NCBI RefSeq assembly: GCF_006345805.1
Contig: NC_043000.1
Span: 131,874,001 to 131,938,000, forward strand
Source of the DNA: Octopus sinensis
Taxonomy: Eukaryota
DNA: 64,000 nucleotides
Reading direction: 5' to 3'
Part shown: in pieces, positions 33,158-46,568 of the stretch
How the letters are laid out: every line of letters starts with the position of its first letter
How positions within the stretch are numbered: the stretch's first letter is position 1
Notes under the pieces: generated by a model
What the model saw: only the letters and a program-made list of their open reading frames with translations
Told to the model about the DNA's origin: nothing
The model's database searches: none
Program-made: the position numbers and the translations under genes

Positions 33158-33689
33158 ACATGTATATATATATATCTGATTCTTTACATGTATATATATA
33201 TATATCTGATTCATTTCACTTAGTCGTATGTAGATGAGACACAGATCACCATTCTGCGATGACAAGGACACTGACGAACAACTGTACAAGTTTCATTTGC
33301 TTTTAGTGCAGGCACCACGTCATCACATGGATCTAGAGAAACATGTTTTCCTTCTTATCCTTTTCGTAGCCTTGCATACACATACACTTCTCGGGACAGG
33401 TATTTTTTCTGCGTGACTATATTTTCACGTTTAGTAGTTTGCTGTCACATATTACTAGTGTGTGTGTGTGTGTGTGTATGTGTGTGTGTGCGCGCGCATC
33501 CGCGAGTGTGTGTTTGTGCGCATATGCGTTTATATCTGTCTGTGCGCGCGTTCGTGTGTGTATATATGTGAGTGTTTTGCTGTTAGAATTGATTGTTTGG
33601 GATATCAAAGGAGTTGTTTTTTTTTTGTTTTTTATTGTTTCTGTTCCAATAGGAATTTTGTACATTAAAGAGCCGCACCTGCATTCACG

Positions 33690-34480
33690 ATTCTCTACGT
33701 AGATTTATCTTTTAAGCTTTGTTCTCATGGCACATTAATTAGCTCTATATAGAGAGTACGACTTTAGCTTTCTTGAACAGACAAATAGGCTTTCATATTG
33801 TCTTTGTATCTCTATTTTGATCGACCAGATATAGAATATATGGCGGAGTCTGCAGGGTTCTCCCATGTCGATGTAACCAATGCAGCGTAGCAGAGCCTCC
33901 AATGACATAGCCTCAAGATTGGCTCTGTCCAACGATTCCAAATTTTCCACCTGGTCCTGCCACCCGAAACCCATGCTCAATCGCAGAATTTTCAAGTTGC
34001 TTGAGGAGATTTTTGCAGAGCATCCAGATTTCATATCCATATAGGAGGGATGAGAGCACCACTTGATACACTGATATCCGTTACGGGATAGAAAACAACC
34101 CCAGTAGCTAGTTACATATGCAAATGCATGTAGCTATCTCTGTGGAAAGAGACACTAGGAGATATGACACTTCCAAGGGAGCTAAAGCACGTAATTTATT
34201 TTTAAAATTACTCTCGTGTCAACCGTTTCCGAGATTGCAGTATTTACAGCGGGAGGATTGATAACTTTTGTGAATAACAGTTCTCTCCAATGTTCCATGA
34301 TCCACTTTTTGTTTCTGACATAATAATGATGTTACGAGGTGTTGAGTGGAACTAGTTTCGTGAAATCCATAGACTTTAATGAATTGAAGAACACTTTTGA
34401 ATTGCTTCATAAAGCTGCTCCTCATCTCTGGTCCAAGCAAACCAGCTGTTCCGCAAGAGCTCTAATTCTTTATACGCTCT
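33690..34480 (-). mobile_element. Internally deleted RTE-clade LINE remnant (copy B)
   Basis: Linker region then WQDQVENLESLDRANLEAMSLEALLRCIGYIDM, like RTE WQDRVTNLEVLDRA...AQLRWTGHVIRM; same deletion layout as 18745-19225. Confidence 0.72.
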
Positions 34481-36003
34481 ACTATAGAAGTGTTTGAAGT
34501 GTCTTTCCTTTGACTTCGATTTACAATCCCTTTGCCATTTTATAAGTCCCGTCAGTTTTCCCCTCTTATCGCCAGGCCCCAAGCATATACAGACTTATAT
34601 GCGAGACTCTAAAGTGCTGTCCGGGGTACACCGCTCTCCTCACGCCTCCAAGCTACGCTACAAGCCTCACGTTGCAGCAGGCATCCATGTTACTTGGAAT
34701 AGAAAGCAACATGAGTCATCACTCACACCTCTACCTTAATGATGAATAGCATGCAACTTGAATTCTCACAATCTCTTAAGTACTAGACTTCGCTGCCATT
34801 AAATAGCTCACCGACTAAATGCGTATTTTCAACATAGCAAAGTCAGTATCATAAAAGCTCTCCTTCTTCTTTATCAGGAAGAGAAATTACTTCGGTTTCC
34901 GGCATTTGATATAATTCTGCTGCTACACAAGGACATCCGAGAACGCAACCAAAGAACGGCCAGCCAGCCGATGGTATGTAGTCCCTAGCCATTACAACAT
35001 GCTTGAACCTATAGATTTTATACGTGTTGGCCTCTCCTTCTTTGCCTTTTCTATCAATTCTACACTGTCTTCTGATCTCGGACATGACTCACTAGTTTCT
35101 TCATCCATCATCACTCATACAGTGTCCATCTGCTAATTCCACTCATATTACAACATCTAATCACTTTCTTTTCAGAACGTCATCTGCTTCGAAGTTTTTC
35201 TTTATGCACCTTTTTTTTTTAATTCAAAAATGTTTAGTAGGACGTTAACATCAGGAATCTTACCGACACTAAAGGTGTGTGAAAGCCGTGAGACCTACTC
35301 TTTACGTAACAAGCATATGGATTTTTTGTCTTTTAAAGTTATACATTATATTTATTGGACGAAATAAATCGCAGAGGATTTGTGGTATTTGTTTTCGTTC
35401 TGACTGGTTGATGGCCGTACTCAACATTGACATGAAATCATTTTAAACATATTTATGGAAAAAATTTAACAAACATTAGTGGACGATTATCACTGTCAAC
35501 GTGATTCATGAATAAAGAACAGCCACACCAGAAGCCATCACGTACAGGATTTTATTAATTTGCGGTTGAGTTCTGTATTCAGTAATGAATATAAATCAAA
35601 TCCGCTCTGTTTTAAAGTTTCATATCACAATTAGTTTAAATTAAACAAAAAAAATTTCAAATCACAATTAGTTTAAATTAAACAAAAAAAAAAAAAAGAA
35701 TTTAACTGTTAAGGTATTTATTCTAAACACCGATACTACAGTTTTTTGTTTTAGGATAAGGTCATTTCCTTAAAATTTATAGGATATTTTCCTTTTGTTT
35801 TTTACAATAAGTTGATCTGGCACAGATCAACGTGTAAGGAACGTAGTTGCCTAACTTGCTGCTGTATAATGTGTTTTAGGTAACTAAAAACTCAAATGAC
35901 CGTTACAATGAGAAGGAAAATTTCATAAGCCGTAAAAAGACGAAGTTAAATCAGGCAGAGTTTCGGTAGTAGTAAAAAAAAAACAACAAAAAAACAAAAG
36001 GTA

Positions 36004-36123
36004 ATGCTTACAGCACCTAGGGTTCCCAAGCGGTCACCCATCTAAGTACTAACTAGGCTCGATGTTGTTTAACTTCGGTGATCGAACGAGAACCGGTGCT
36101 TTCAACGTGATATGGCCGTAAGC
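36004..36123 (-). rRNA. RNA5S: 5S rRNA gene, array unit 1 (A56 in box A)
   Basis: Full core, U39. Confidence 0.95.
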
Positions 36124-36501
36124 ATCAAAGTGGTAAATTTTAATATATTTATTCTATAAACTGATAAATAAACTTCTTATTTTAGAATAAGTTGATCCTC
36201 ATTAAAATATATATTTTTTTACATTCCTTGACAACAGTTTATTTAACATATATTACATTTCATTTTCATTTTTCTCACCGAGTCCTCAACTAGAGATTAA
36301 CGACGTGAGATGTGAGGTGTTTCTGGTACAGATCAACGTGTAAGGAACGTAGTTGCCTAACTTGCTGCTGTATAATGTGTTTTAGGTAACTAAAAACTCA
36401 AATGACCGTTACAATGAGAAGGAAAATTTCATAAGCCGTAAAAAGACGAAGTTAAATCAGGCAGAGTTTCGGTAGTAGTAAAAAAAAAACAACAAAAGGT
36501 A

Positions 36502-36621
36502 ATGCTTACAGCACCTAGGGTTCCCAAGCGGTCACCCATCTAAGTACTAACTAGGCTCGATGTTGCTTAACTTCGGTGATCGAACGAGAACCGGTGCTTT
36601 CAACGTGATATGGCCGTAAGC
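36502..36621 (-). rRNA. RNA5S: 5S rRNA gene, unit 2
   Basis: Full core; upstream element deleted. Confidence 0.95.
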
Positions 36622-36980
36622 ATCAAAGTGGTAAATTTTAATAAATAAACTTCTTATTTTAGAATAAGTTGATCCTCATTAAAATATATATTTTTTTACA
36701 TTCCTTGACAACAGTTTATTTAACATATATTACATTTCATTTTCATTTTTCTCACCGAGTCCTCAACTAGAGATTAACGACGTGAGATGTGAGGTGTTTT
36801 CTGGTACAGATCAACGTGTAAGGAACGTAGTTGCCTAACTTGCTGCTGTATAATGTGTTTTAGGTAACTAAAAACTCAAATGACCGTTACAATGAGAAGG
36901 AAAATTTCATAAGCCGTAAAAAGACGAAGTTAAATCAGGCAGAGTTTCGGTAGTAGTAAAAAAAAAAACAACAAAAGGTA

Positions 36981-37100
36981 ATGCTTACAGCACCTAGGGT
37001 TCCCAAGCGGTCACCCATCTAAGTACTAACTAGGCTCGATGTTGCTTAACTTCGGTGATCGAACGAGAACCGGTGCTTTCAACGTGATATGGCCGTAAGC
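36981..37100 (-). rRNA. RNA5S: 5S rRNA gene, unit 3
   Basis: Full core. Confidence 0.95.
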
Positions 37101-37486
37101 ATCAAAGTGGTAAATTTTAATATATTTATTCTATAAACTGATAAATAAACTTCTTATTTTAGAATAAGTTGATCCTCATTAAAATATATATTTTTTTACA
37201 TTCCTTGACAACAGTTTATTTAACATATATTACATTTCATTTTCATTTTTCTCACCGAGTCCTCAACTAGAGATTAACGACGTGAGATGTGAGGTGTTTT
37301 CTGGTACAGATCAACGTGTAAGGAACGTAGTTGCCTAACTTGCTGCTGTATAATGTGTTTTAGGTAACTAAAAACTCAAATGACCGTTACAATGAGAAGG
37401 AAAATTTCATAAGCCGTAAAAAGACGAAGTTAAATCAGGCAGAGTTTCGGTAGTAGTAAAAAAAAAACAACAAAAAACAAAAGGTA

Positions 37487-37606
37487 ATGCTTACAGCACC
37501 TAGGGTTCCCAAGCGGTCACCCATCTAAGTACTAACTAGGCTCGATGTTGCTTAACTTCGGTGATCGAACGAGAACCGGTGCTTTCAACGTGATATGGCC
37601 GTAAGC
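37487..37606 (-). rRNA. RNA5S: 5S rRNA gene, unit 4
   Basis: Full core. Confidence 0.95.
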
Positions 37607-37984
37607 ATCAAAGTGGTAAATTTTAATATATTTATTCTATAAACTGATAAATAAACTTCTTATTTTAGAATAAGTTGATCCTCATTAAAATATATATTTT
37701 TTTACATTCCTTGACAACAGTTTATTTAACATATATTACATTTCATTTTCATTTTTCTCACCGAGTCCTCAACTAGAGATTAACGACGTGAGATGTGAGG
37801 TGTTTTCTGGTACAGATCAACGTGTAAGGAACGTAGTTGCCTAACTTGCTGCTGTATAATGTGTTTTAGGTAACTAAAAACTCAAATGACCGTTACAATG
37901 AGAAGGAAAATTTCATAAGCCGTAAAAAGACGAAGTTAAATCAGGCAGAGTTTCGGTAGTAGTAAAAAAAAACAACAAAAGGTA

Positions 37985-38104
37985 ATGCTTACAGCACCTA
38001 GGGTTCCCAAGCGGTCACCCATCTAAGTACTAACTAGGCTCGATGTTGCTTAACTTCGGTGATCGAACGAGAACCGGTGCTTTCAACGTGATATGGCCGT
38101 AAGC
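37985..38104 (-). rRNA. RNA5S: 5S rRNA gene, unit 5
   Basis: Full core; upstream element deleted. Confidence 0.95.
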
Positions 38105-38469
38105 ATCAAAGTGGTAAATTTTAATAAATAAACTTCTTATTTTAGAATAAGTTGATCCTCATTAAAATATATATTTTTTTACATTCCTTGACAACAGTTT
38201 ATTTAACATATATTACATTTCATTTTCATTTTTCTCACCGAGTCCTCAACTAGAGATTAACGACGTGAGATGTGAGGTGTTTTCTGGTACAGATCAACGT
38301 GTAAGGAACGTAGTTGCCTAACTTGCTGCTGTATAATGTGTTTTAGGTAACTAAAAACTCAAATGACCGTTACAATGAGAAGGAAAATTTCATAAGCCGT
38401 AAAAAGACGAAGTTAAATCAGGCAGAGTTTCGGTAGTAGTAAAAAAAAACAACAAAAAAACAAAAGGTA

Positions 38470-38589
38470 ATGCTTACAGCACCTAGGGTTCCCAAGCGGT
38501 CACCCATCTAAGTACTAACTAGGCTCGATGTTGCTTAACTTCGGTGATCGAACGAGAACCGGTGCTTTCAACGTGATATGGCCGTAAGC
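38470..38589 (-). rRNA. RNA5S: 5S rRNA gene, unit 6
   Basis: Full core. Confidence 0.95.
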
Positions 38590-38973
38590 ATCAAAGTGGT
38601 AAATTTTAATATATTTATTCTATAAACTGATAAATAAACTTCTTATTTTAGAATAAGTTGATCCTCATTAAAATATATATTTTTTTACATTCCTTGACAA
38701 CAGTTTATTTAACATATATTACATTTCATTTTCATTTTTCTCACCGAGTCCTCAACTAGAGATTAACGACGTGAGATGTGAGGTGTTTTCTGGTACAGAT
38801 CAACGTGTAAGGAACGTAGTTGCCTAACTTGCTGCTGTATAATGTGTTTTAGGTAACTAAAAACTCAAATGACCGTTACAATGAGAAGGAAAATTTCATA
38901 AGCCGTAAAAAGACGAAGTTAAATCAGGCAGAGTTTCGGTAGTAGTAAAAAAAAAACAAAAAAACAAAAGGTA

Positions 38974-39093
38974 ATGCTTACAGCACCTAGGGTTCCCAAG
39001 CGGTCACCCATCTAAGTACTAACTAGGCTCGATGTTGCTTAACTTCGGTGATCGAACGAGAACCGGTGCTTTCAACGTGATATGGCCGTAAGC
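38974..39093 (-). rRNA. RNA5S: 5S rRNA gene, unit 7
   Basis: Full core. Confidence 0.95.
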
Positions 39094-39472
39094 ATCAAAG
39101 TGGTAAATTTTAATATATTTATTCTATAAACTGATAAATAAACTTCTTATTTTAGAATAAGTTGATCCTCATTAAAATATATATTTTTTTACATTCCTTG
39201 ACAACAGTTTATTTAACATATATTACATTTCATTTTCATTTTTCTCACCGAGTCCTCAACTAGAGATTAACGACGTGAGATGTGAGGTGTTTTCTGGTAC
39301 AGATCAACGTGTAAGGAACGTAGTTGCCTAACTTGCTGCTGTATAATGTGTTTTAGGTAACTAAAAACTCAAATGACCGTTACAATGAGAAGGAAAATTT
39401 CATAAGCCGTAAAAAGACGAAGTTAAATCAGGCAGAGTTTCGGTAGTAGTAAAAAAAAAACAACAAAAGGTA

Positions 39473-39592
39473 ATGCTTACAGCACCTAGGGTTCCCAAGC
39501 GGTCACCCATCTAAGTACTAACTAGGCTCGATGTTGCTTAACTTCGGTGATCGAACGAGAACCGGTGCTTTCAACGTGATATGGCCGTAAGC
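39473..39592 (-). rRNA. RNA5S: 5S rRNA gene, unit 8
   Basis: Full core. Confidence 0.95.
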
Positions 39593-39972
39593 ATCAAAGT
39601 GGTAAATTTTAATATATTTATTCTATAAACTGATAAATAAACTTCTTATTTTAGAATAAGTTGATCCTCATTAAAATATATATTTTTTTACATTCCTTGA
39701 CAACAGTTTATTTAACATATATTACATTTCATTTTCATTTTTCTCACCGAGTCCTCAACTAGAGATTAACGACGTGAGATGTGAGGTGTTTTCTGGTACA
39801 GATCAACGTGTAAGGAACGTAGTTGCCTAACTTGCTGCTGTATAATGTGTTTTAGGTAACTAAAAACTCAAATGACCGTTACAATGAGAAGGAAAATTTC
39901 ATAAGCCGTAAAAAGACGAAGTTAAATCAGGCAGAGTTTCGGTAGTAGTAAAAAAAAAAACAACAAAAGGTA

Positions 39973-40092
39973 ATGCTTACAGCACCTAGGGTTCCCAAGC
40001 GGTCACCCATCTAAGTACTAACTAGGCTCGATGTTGCTTAACTTCGGTGATCGAACGAGAACCGGTGCTTTCAACGTGATATGGCCGTAAGC
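39973..40092 (-). rRNA. RNA5S: 5S rRNA gene, unit 9
   Basis: Full core. Confidence 0.95.
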
Positions 40093-40471
40093 ATCAAAGT
40101 GGTAAATTTTAATATATTTATTCTATAAACTGATAAATAAACTTCTTATTTTAGAATAAGTTGATCCTCATTAAAATATATATTTTTTTACATTCCTTGA
40201 CAACAGTTTATTTAACATATATTACATTTCATTTTCATTTTTCTCACCGAGTCCTCAACTAGAGATTAACGACGTGAGATGTGAGGTGTTTTCTGGTACA
40301 GATCAACGTGTAAGGAACGTAGTTGCCTAACTTGCTGCTGTATAATGTGTTTTAGGTAACTAAAAACTCAAATGACCGTTACAATGAGAAGGAAAATTTC
40401 ATAAGCCGTAAAAAGACGAAGTTAAATCAGGCAGAGTTTCGGTAGTAGTAAAAAAAAAACAACAAAAGGTA

Positions 40472-40591
40472 ATGCTTACAGCACCTAGGGTTCCCAAGCG
40501 GTCACCCATCTAAGTACTAACTAGGCTCGATGTTGCTTAACTTCGGTGATCGAACGAGAACCGGTGCTTTCAACGTGATATGGCCGTAAGC
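40472..40591 (-). rRNA. RNA5S: 5S rRNA gene, unit 10
   Basis: Full core; upstream element deleted. Confidence 0.95.
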
Positions 40592-40956
40592 ATCAAAGTG
40601 GTAAATTTTAATAAATAAACTTCTTATTTTAGAATAAGTTGATCCTCATTAAAATATATATTTTTTTACATTCCTTGACAACAGTTTATTTAACATATAT
40701 TACATTTCATTTTCATTTTTCTCACCGAGTCCTCAACTAGAGATTAACGACGTGAGATGTGAGGTGTTTTCTGGTACAGATCAACGTGTAAGGAACGTAG
40801 TTGCCTAACTTGCTGCTGTATAATGTGTTTTAGGTAACTAAAAACTCAAATGACCGTTACAATGAGAAGGAAAATTTCATAAGCCGTAAAAAGACGAAGT
40901 TAAATCAGGCAGAGTTTCGGTAGTAGTAAAAAAAAAACAAAAAAAAACAAAAGGTA

Positions 40957-41076
40957 ATGCTTACAGCACCTAGGGTTCCCAAGCGGTCACCCATCTAAGT
41001 ACTAACTAGGCTCGATGTTGCTTAACTTCGGTGATCGAACGAGAACCGGTGCTTTCAACGTGATATGGCCGTAAGC
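40957..41076 (-). rRNA. RNA5S: 5S rRNA gene, unit 11
   Basis: Full core. Confidence 0.95.
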
Positions 41077-41461
41077 ATCAAAGTGGTAAATTTTAATATA
41101 TTTATTCTATAAACTGATAAATAAACTTCTTATTTTAGAATAAGTTGATCCTCATTAAAATATATATTTTTTTACATTCCTTGACAACAGTTTATTTAAC
41201 ATATATTACATTTCATTTTCATTTTTCTCACCGAGTCCTCAACTAGAGATTAACGACGTGAGATGTGAGGTGTTTTCTGGTACAGATCAACGTGTAAGGA
41301 ACGTAGTTGCCTAACTTGCTGCTGTATAATGTGTTTTAGGTAACTAAAAACTCAAATGACCGTTACAATGAGAAGGAAAATTTCATAAGCCGTAAAAAGA
41401 CGAAGTTAAATCAGGCAGAGTTTCGGTAGTAGTAAAAAAAAACAACAAAAAACAAAAGGTA

Positions 41462-41581
41462 ATGCTTACAGCACCTAGGGTTCCCAAGCGGTCACCCATC
41501 TAAGTACTAACTAGGCTCGATGTTGCTTAACTTCGGTGATCGAACGAGAACCGGTGCTTTCAACGTGATATGGCCGTAAGC
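41462..41581 (-). rRNA. RNA5S: 5S rRNA gene, unit 12
   Basis: Full core. Confidence 0.95.
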
Positions 41582-41959
41582 ATCAAAGTGGTAAATTTTA
41601 ATATATTTATTCTATAAACTGATAAATAAACTTCTTATTTTAGAATAAGTTGATCCTCATTAAAATATATATTTTTTTACATTCCTTGACAACAGTTTAT
41701 TTAACATATATTACATTTCATTTTCATTTTTCTCACCGAGTCCTCAACTAGAGATTAACGACGTGAGATGTGAGGTGTTTTCTGGTACAGATCAACGTGT
41801 AAGGAACGTAGTTGCCTAACTTGCTGCTGTATAATGTGTTTTAGGTAACTAAAAACTCAAATGACCGTTACAATGAGAAGGAAAATTTCATAAGCCGTAA
41901 AAAGACGAAGTTAAATCAGGCAGAGTTTCGGTAGTAGTAAAAAAAAACAACAAAAGGTA

Positions 41960-42079
41960 ATGCTTACAGCACCTAGGGTTCCCAAGCGGTCACCCATCTA
42001 AGTACTAACTAGGCTCGATGTTGCTTAACTTCGGTGATCGAACGAGAACCGGTGCTTTCAACGTGATATGGCCGTAAGC
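41960..42079 (-). rRNA. RNA5S: 5S rRNA gene, unit 13
   Basis: Full core. Confidence 0.95.
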
Positions 42080-42457
42080 ATCAAAGTGGTAAATTTTAAT
42101 ATATTTATTCTATAAACTGATAAATAAACTTCTTATTTTAGAATAAGTTGATCCTCATTAAAATATATATTTTTTTACATTCCTTGACAACAGTTTATTT
42201 AACATATATTACATTTCATTTTCATTTTTCTCACCGAGTCCTCAACTAGAGATTAACGACGTGAGATGTGAGGTGTTTTCTGGTACAGATCAACGTGTAA
42301 GGAACGTAGTTGCCTAACTTGCTGCTGTATAATGTGTTTTAGGTAACTAAAAACTCAAATGACCGTTACAATGAGAAGGAAAATTTCATAAGCCGTAAAA
42401 AGACGAAGTTAAATCAGGCAGAGTTTCGGTAGTAGTAAAAAAAAACAACAAAAGGTA

Positions 42458-42577
42458 ATGCTTACAGCACCTAGGGTTCCCAAGCGGTCACCCATCTAAG
42501 TACTAACTAGGCTCGATGTTGCTTAACTTCGGTGATCGAACGAGAACCGGTGCTTTCAACGTGATATGGCCGTAAGC
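42458..42577 (-). rRNA. RNA5S: 5S rRNA gene, unit 14
   Basis: Full core. Confidence 0.95.
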
Positions 42578-42954
42578 ATCAAAGTGGTAAATTTTAATAT
42601 ATTTATTCTATAAACTGATAAATAAACTTCTTATTTTAGAATAAGTTGATCCTCATTAAAATATATTTTTTACATTCCTTGACAACAGTTTATTTAACAT
42701 ATATTACATTTCATTTTCATTTTTCTCACCGAGTCCTCAACTAGAGATTAACGACGTGAGATGTGAGGTGTTTTCTGGTACAGATCAACGTGTAAGGAAC
42801 GTAGTTGCCTAACTTGCTGCTGTATAATGTGTTTTAGGTAACTAAAAACTCAAATGACCGTTACAATGAGAAGGAAAATTTCATAAGCCGTAAAAAGACG
42901 AAGTTAAATCAGGCAGAGTTTCGGTAGTAGTAAAAAAAAAACAAACAAAAGGTA

Positions 42955-43074
42955 ATGCTTACAGCACCTAGGGTTCCCAAGCGGTCACCCATCTAAGTAC
43001 TAACTAGGCTCGATGTTGCTTAACTTCGGTGATCGAACGAGAACCGGTGCTTTCAACGTGATATGGCCGTAAGC
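42955..43074 (-). rRNA. RNA5S: 5S rRNA gene, unit 15
   Basis: Full core; 5-bp upstream deletion. Confidence 0.95.
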
Positions 43075-43455
43075 ATCAAAGTGGTAAATTTTAATATATT
43101 TATTCTATGATAAATAAACTTCTTATTTTAGAATAAGTTGATCCTCATTAAAATATATATTTTTTTACATTCCTTGACAACAGTTTATTTAACATATATT
43201 ACATTTCATTTTCATTTTTCTCACCGAGTCCTCAACTAGAGATTAACGACGTGAGATGTGAGGTGTTTTCTGGTACAGATCAACGTGTAAGGAACGTAGT
43301 TGCCTAACTTGCTGCTGTATAATGTGTTTTAGGTAACTAAAAACTCAAATGACCGTTACAATGAGAAGGAAAATTTCATAAGCCGTAAAAAGACGAAGTT
43401 AAATCAGGCAGAGTTTCGGTAGTAGTAAAAAAAAAAAACAAAAAAACAAAAGGTA

Positions 43456-43575
43456 ATGCTTACAGCACCTAGGGTTCCCAAGCGGTCACCCATCTAAGTA
43501 CTAACTAGGCTCGATGTTGCTTAACTTCGGTGATCGAACGAGAACCGGTGCTTTCAACGTGATATGGCCGTAAGC
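43456..43575 (-). rRNA. RNA5S: 5S rRNA gene, unit 16
   Basis: Full core. Confidence 0.95.
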
Positions 43576-43960
43576 ATCAAAGTGGTAAATTTTAATATAT
43601 TTATTCTATAAACTGATAAATAAACTTCTTATTTTAGAATAAGTTGATCCTCATTAAAATATATATTTTTTACATTCCTTGACAACAGTTTATTTAACAT
43701 ATATTACATTTCATTTTCATTTTTCTCACCGAGTCCTCAACTAGAGATTAACGACGTGAGATGTGAGGTGTTTTCTGGTACAGATCAACGTGTAAGGAAC
43801 GTAGTTGCCTAACTTGCTGCTGTATAATGTGTTTTAGGTAACTAAAAACTCAAATGACCGTTACAATGAGAAGGAAAATTTCATAAGCCGTAAAAAGACG
43901 AAGTTAAATCAGGCAGAGTTTCGGTAGTAGTAAAAAAAAACAACAAAAAAACAAAAGGTA

Positions 43961-44080
43961 ATGCTTACAGCACCTAGGGTTCCCAAGCGGTCACCCATCT
44001 AAGTACTAACTAGGCTCGATGTTGCTTAACTTCGGTGATCGAACGAGAACCGGTGCTTTCAACGTGATATGGCCGTAAGC
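43961..44080 (-). rRNA. RNA5S: 5S rRNA gene, unit 17
   Basis: Full core. Confidence 0.95.
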
Positions 44081-44456
44081 ATCAAAGTGGTAAATTTTAA
44101 TATATTTATTCTATAAACTGATAAATAAACTTCTTATTTTAGAATAAGTTGATCCTCATTAAAATATATATTTTTTTACATTCCTTGACAACAGTTTATT
44201 TAACATATATTACATTTCATTTTCATTTTTCTCACCGAGTCCTCAACTAGAGATTAACGACGTGAGATGTGAGGTGTTTTCTGGTACAGATCAACGTGTA
44301 AGGAACGTAGTTGCCTAACTTGCTGCTGTATAATGTGTTTTAGGTAACTAAAAACTCAAATGACCGTTACAATGAGAAGGAAAATTTCATAAGCCGTAAA
44401 AAGACGAAGTTAAATCAGGCAGAGTTTCGGTAGTAGTAAAAAAAAAACAACAGGTA

Positions 44457-44576
44457 ATGCTTACAGCACCTAGGGTTCCCAAGCGGTCACCCATCTAAGT
44501 ACTAACTAGGCTCGATGTTGCTTAACTTCGGTGATCGAACGAGAACCGGTGCTTTCAACGTGATATGGCCGTAAGC
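44457..44576 (-). rRNA. RNA5S: 5S rRNA gene, unit 18
   Basis: Full core. Confidence 0.95.
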
Positions 44577-44962
44577 ATCAAAGTGGTAAATTTTAATATA
44601 TTTATTCTATAAACTGATAAATAAACTTCTTATTTTAGAATAAGTTGATCCTCATTAAAATATATATTTTTTTACATTCCTTGACAACAGTTTATTTAAC
44701 ATATATTACATTTCATTTTCATTTTTCTCACCGAGTCCTCAACTAGAGATTAACGACGTGAGATGTGAGGTGTTTTCTGGTACAGATCAACGTGTAAGGA
44801 ACGTAGTTGCCTAACTTGCTGCTGTATAATGTGTTTTAGGTAACTAAAAACTCAAATGACCGTTACAATGAGAAGGAAAATTTCATAAGCCGTAAAAAGA
44901 CGAAGTTAAATCAGGCAGAGTTTCGGTAGTAGTAAAAAAAAAACAACAAAAAACAAAAGGTA

Positions 44963-45082
44963 ATGCTTACAGCACCTAGGGTTCCCAAGCGGTCACCCAT
45001 CTAAGTACTAACTAGGCTCGATGTTGCTTAACTTCGGTGATCGAACGAGAACCGGTGCTTTCAACGTGATATGGCCGTAAGC
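44963..45082 (-). rRNA. RNA5S: 5S rRNA gene, unit 19
   Basis: Full core. Confidence 0.95.
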
Positions 45083-45467
45083 ATCAAAGTGGTAAATTTT
45101 AATATATTTATTCTATAAACTGATAAATAAACTTCTTATTTTAGAATAAGTTGATCCTCATTAAAATATATATTTTTTTACATTCCTTGACAACAGTTTA
45201 TTTAACATATATTACATTTCATTTTCATTTTTCTCACCGAGTCCTCAACTAGAGATTAACGACGTGAGATGTGAGGTGTTTTCTGGTACAGATCAACGTG
45301 TAAGGAACGTAGTTGCCTAACTTGCTGCTGTATAATGTGTTTTAGGTAACTAAAAACTCAAATGACCGTTACAATGAGAAGGAAAATTTCATAAGCCGTA
45401 AAAAGACGAAGTTAAATCAGGCAGAGTTTCGGTAGTAGTAAAAAAAAAACAACAAAAAACAAAGGTA

Positions 45468-45587
45468 ATGCTTACAGCACCTAGGGTTCCCAAGCGGTCA
45501 CCCATCTAAGTACTAACTAGGCTCGATGTTGCTTAACTTCGGTGATCGAACGAGAACCGGTGCTTTCAACGTGATATGGCCGTAAGC
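45468..45587 (-). rRNA. RNA5S: 5S rRNA gene, unit 20
   Basis: Full core. Confidence 0.95.
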
Positions 45588-45966
45588 ATCAAAGTGGTAA
45601 ATTTTAATATATTTATTCTATAAACTGATAAATAAACTTCTTATTTTAGAATAAGTTGATCCTCATTAAAATATATATTTTTTTACATTCCTTGACAACA
45701 GTTTATTTAACATATATTACATTTCATTTTCATTTTTCTCACCGAGTCCTCAACTAGAGATTAACGACGTGAGATGTGAGGTGTTTTCTGGTACAGATCA
45801 ACGTGTAAGGAACGTAGTTGCCTAACTTGCTGCTGTATAATGTGTTTTAGGTAACTAAAAACTCAAATGACCGTTACAATGAGAAGGAAAATTTCATAAG
45901 CCGTAAAAAGACGAAGTTAAATCAGGCAGAGTTTCGGTAGTAGTAAAAAAAAAACAACAAAAGGTA

Positions 45967-46086
45967 ATGCTTACAGCACCTAGGGTTCCCAAGCGGTCAC
46001 CCATCTAAGTACTAACTAGGCTCGATGTTGCTTAACTTCGGTGATCGAACGAGAACCGGTGCTTTCAACGTGATATGGCCGTAAGC
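45967..46086 (-). rRNA. RNA5S: 5S rRNA gene, unit 21
   Basis: Full core; upstream element deleted. Confidence 0.95.
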
Positions 46087-46448
46087 ATCAAAGTGGTAAA
46101 TTTTAATAAATAAACTTCTTATTTTAGAATAAGTTGATCCTCATTAAAATATATATTTTTTTACATTCCTTGACAACAGTTTATTTAACATATATTACAT
46201 TTCATTTTCATTTTTCTCACCGAGTCCTCAACTAGAGATTAACGACGTGAGATGTGAGGTGTTTTCTGGTACAGATCAACGTGTAAGGAACGTAGTTGCC
46301 TAACTTGCTGCTGTATAATGTGTTTTAGGTAACTAAAAACTCAAATGACCGTTACAATGAGAAGGAAAATTTCATAAGCCGTAAAAAGACGAAGTTAAAT
46401 CAGGCAGAGTTTCGGTAGTAGTAAAAAAAAAACAAAAAACAAAAGGTA

Positions 46449-46568
46449 ATGCTTACAGCACCTAGGGTTCCCAAGCGGTCACCCATCTAAGTACTAACTA
46501 GGCTCGATGTTGCTTAACTTCGGTGATCGAACGAGAACCGGTGCTTTCAACGTGATATGGCCGTAAGC
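46449..46568 (-). rRNA. RNA5S: 5S rRNA gene, unit 22
   Basis: Full core. Confidence 0.95.
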
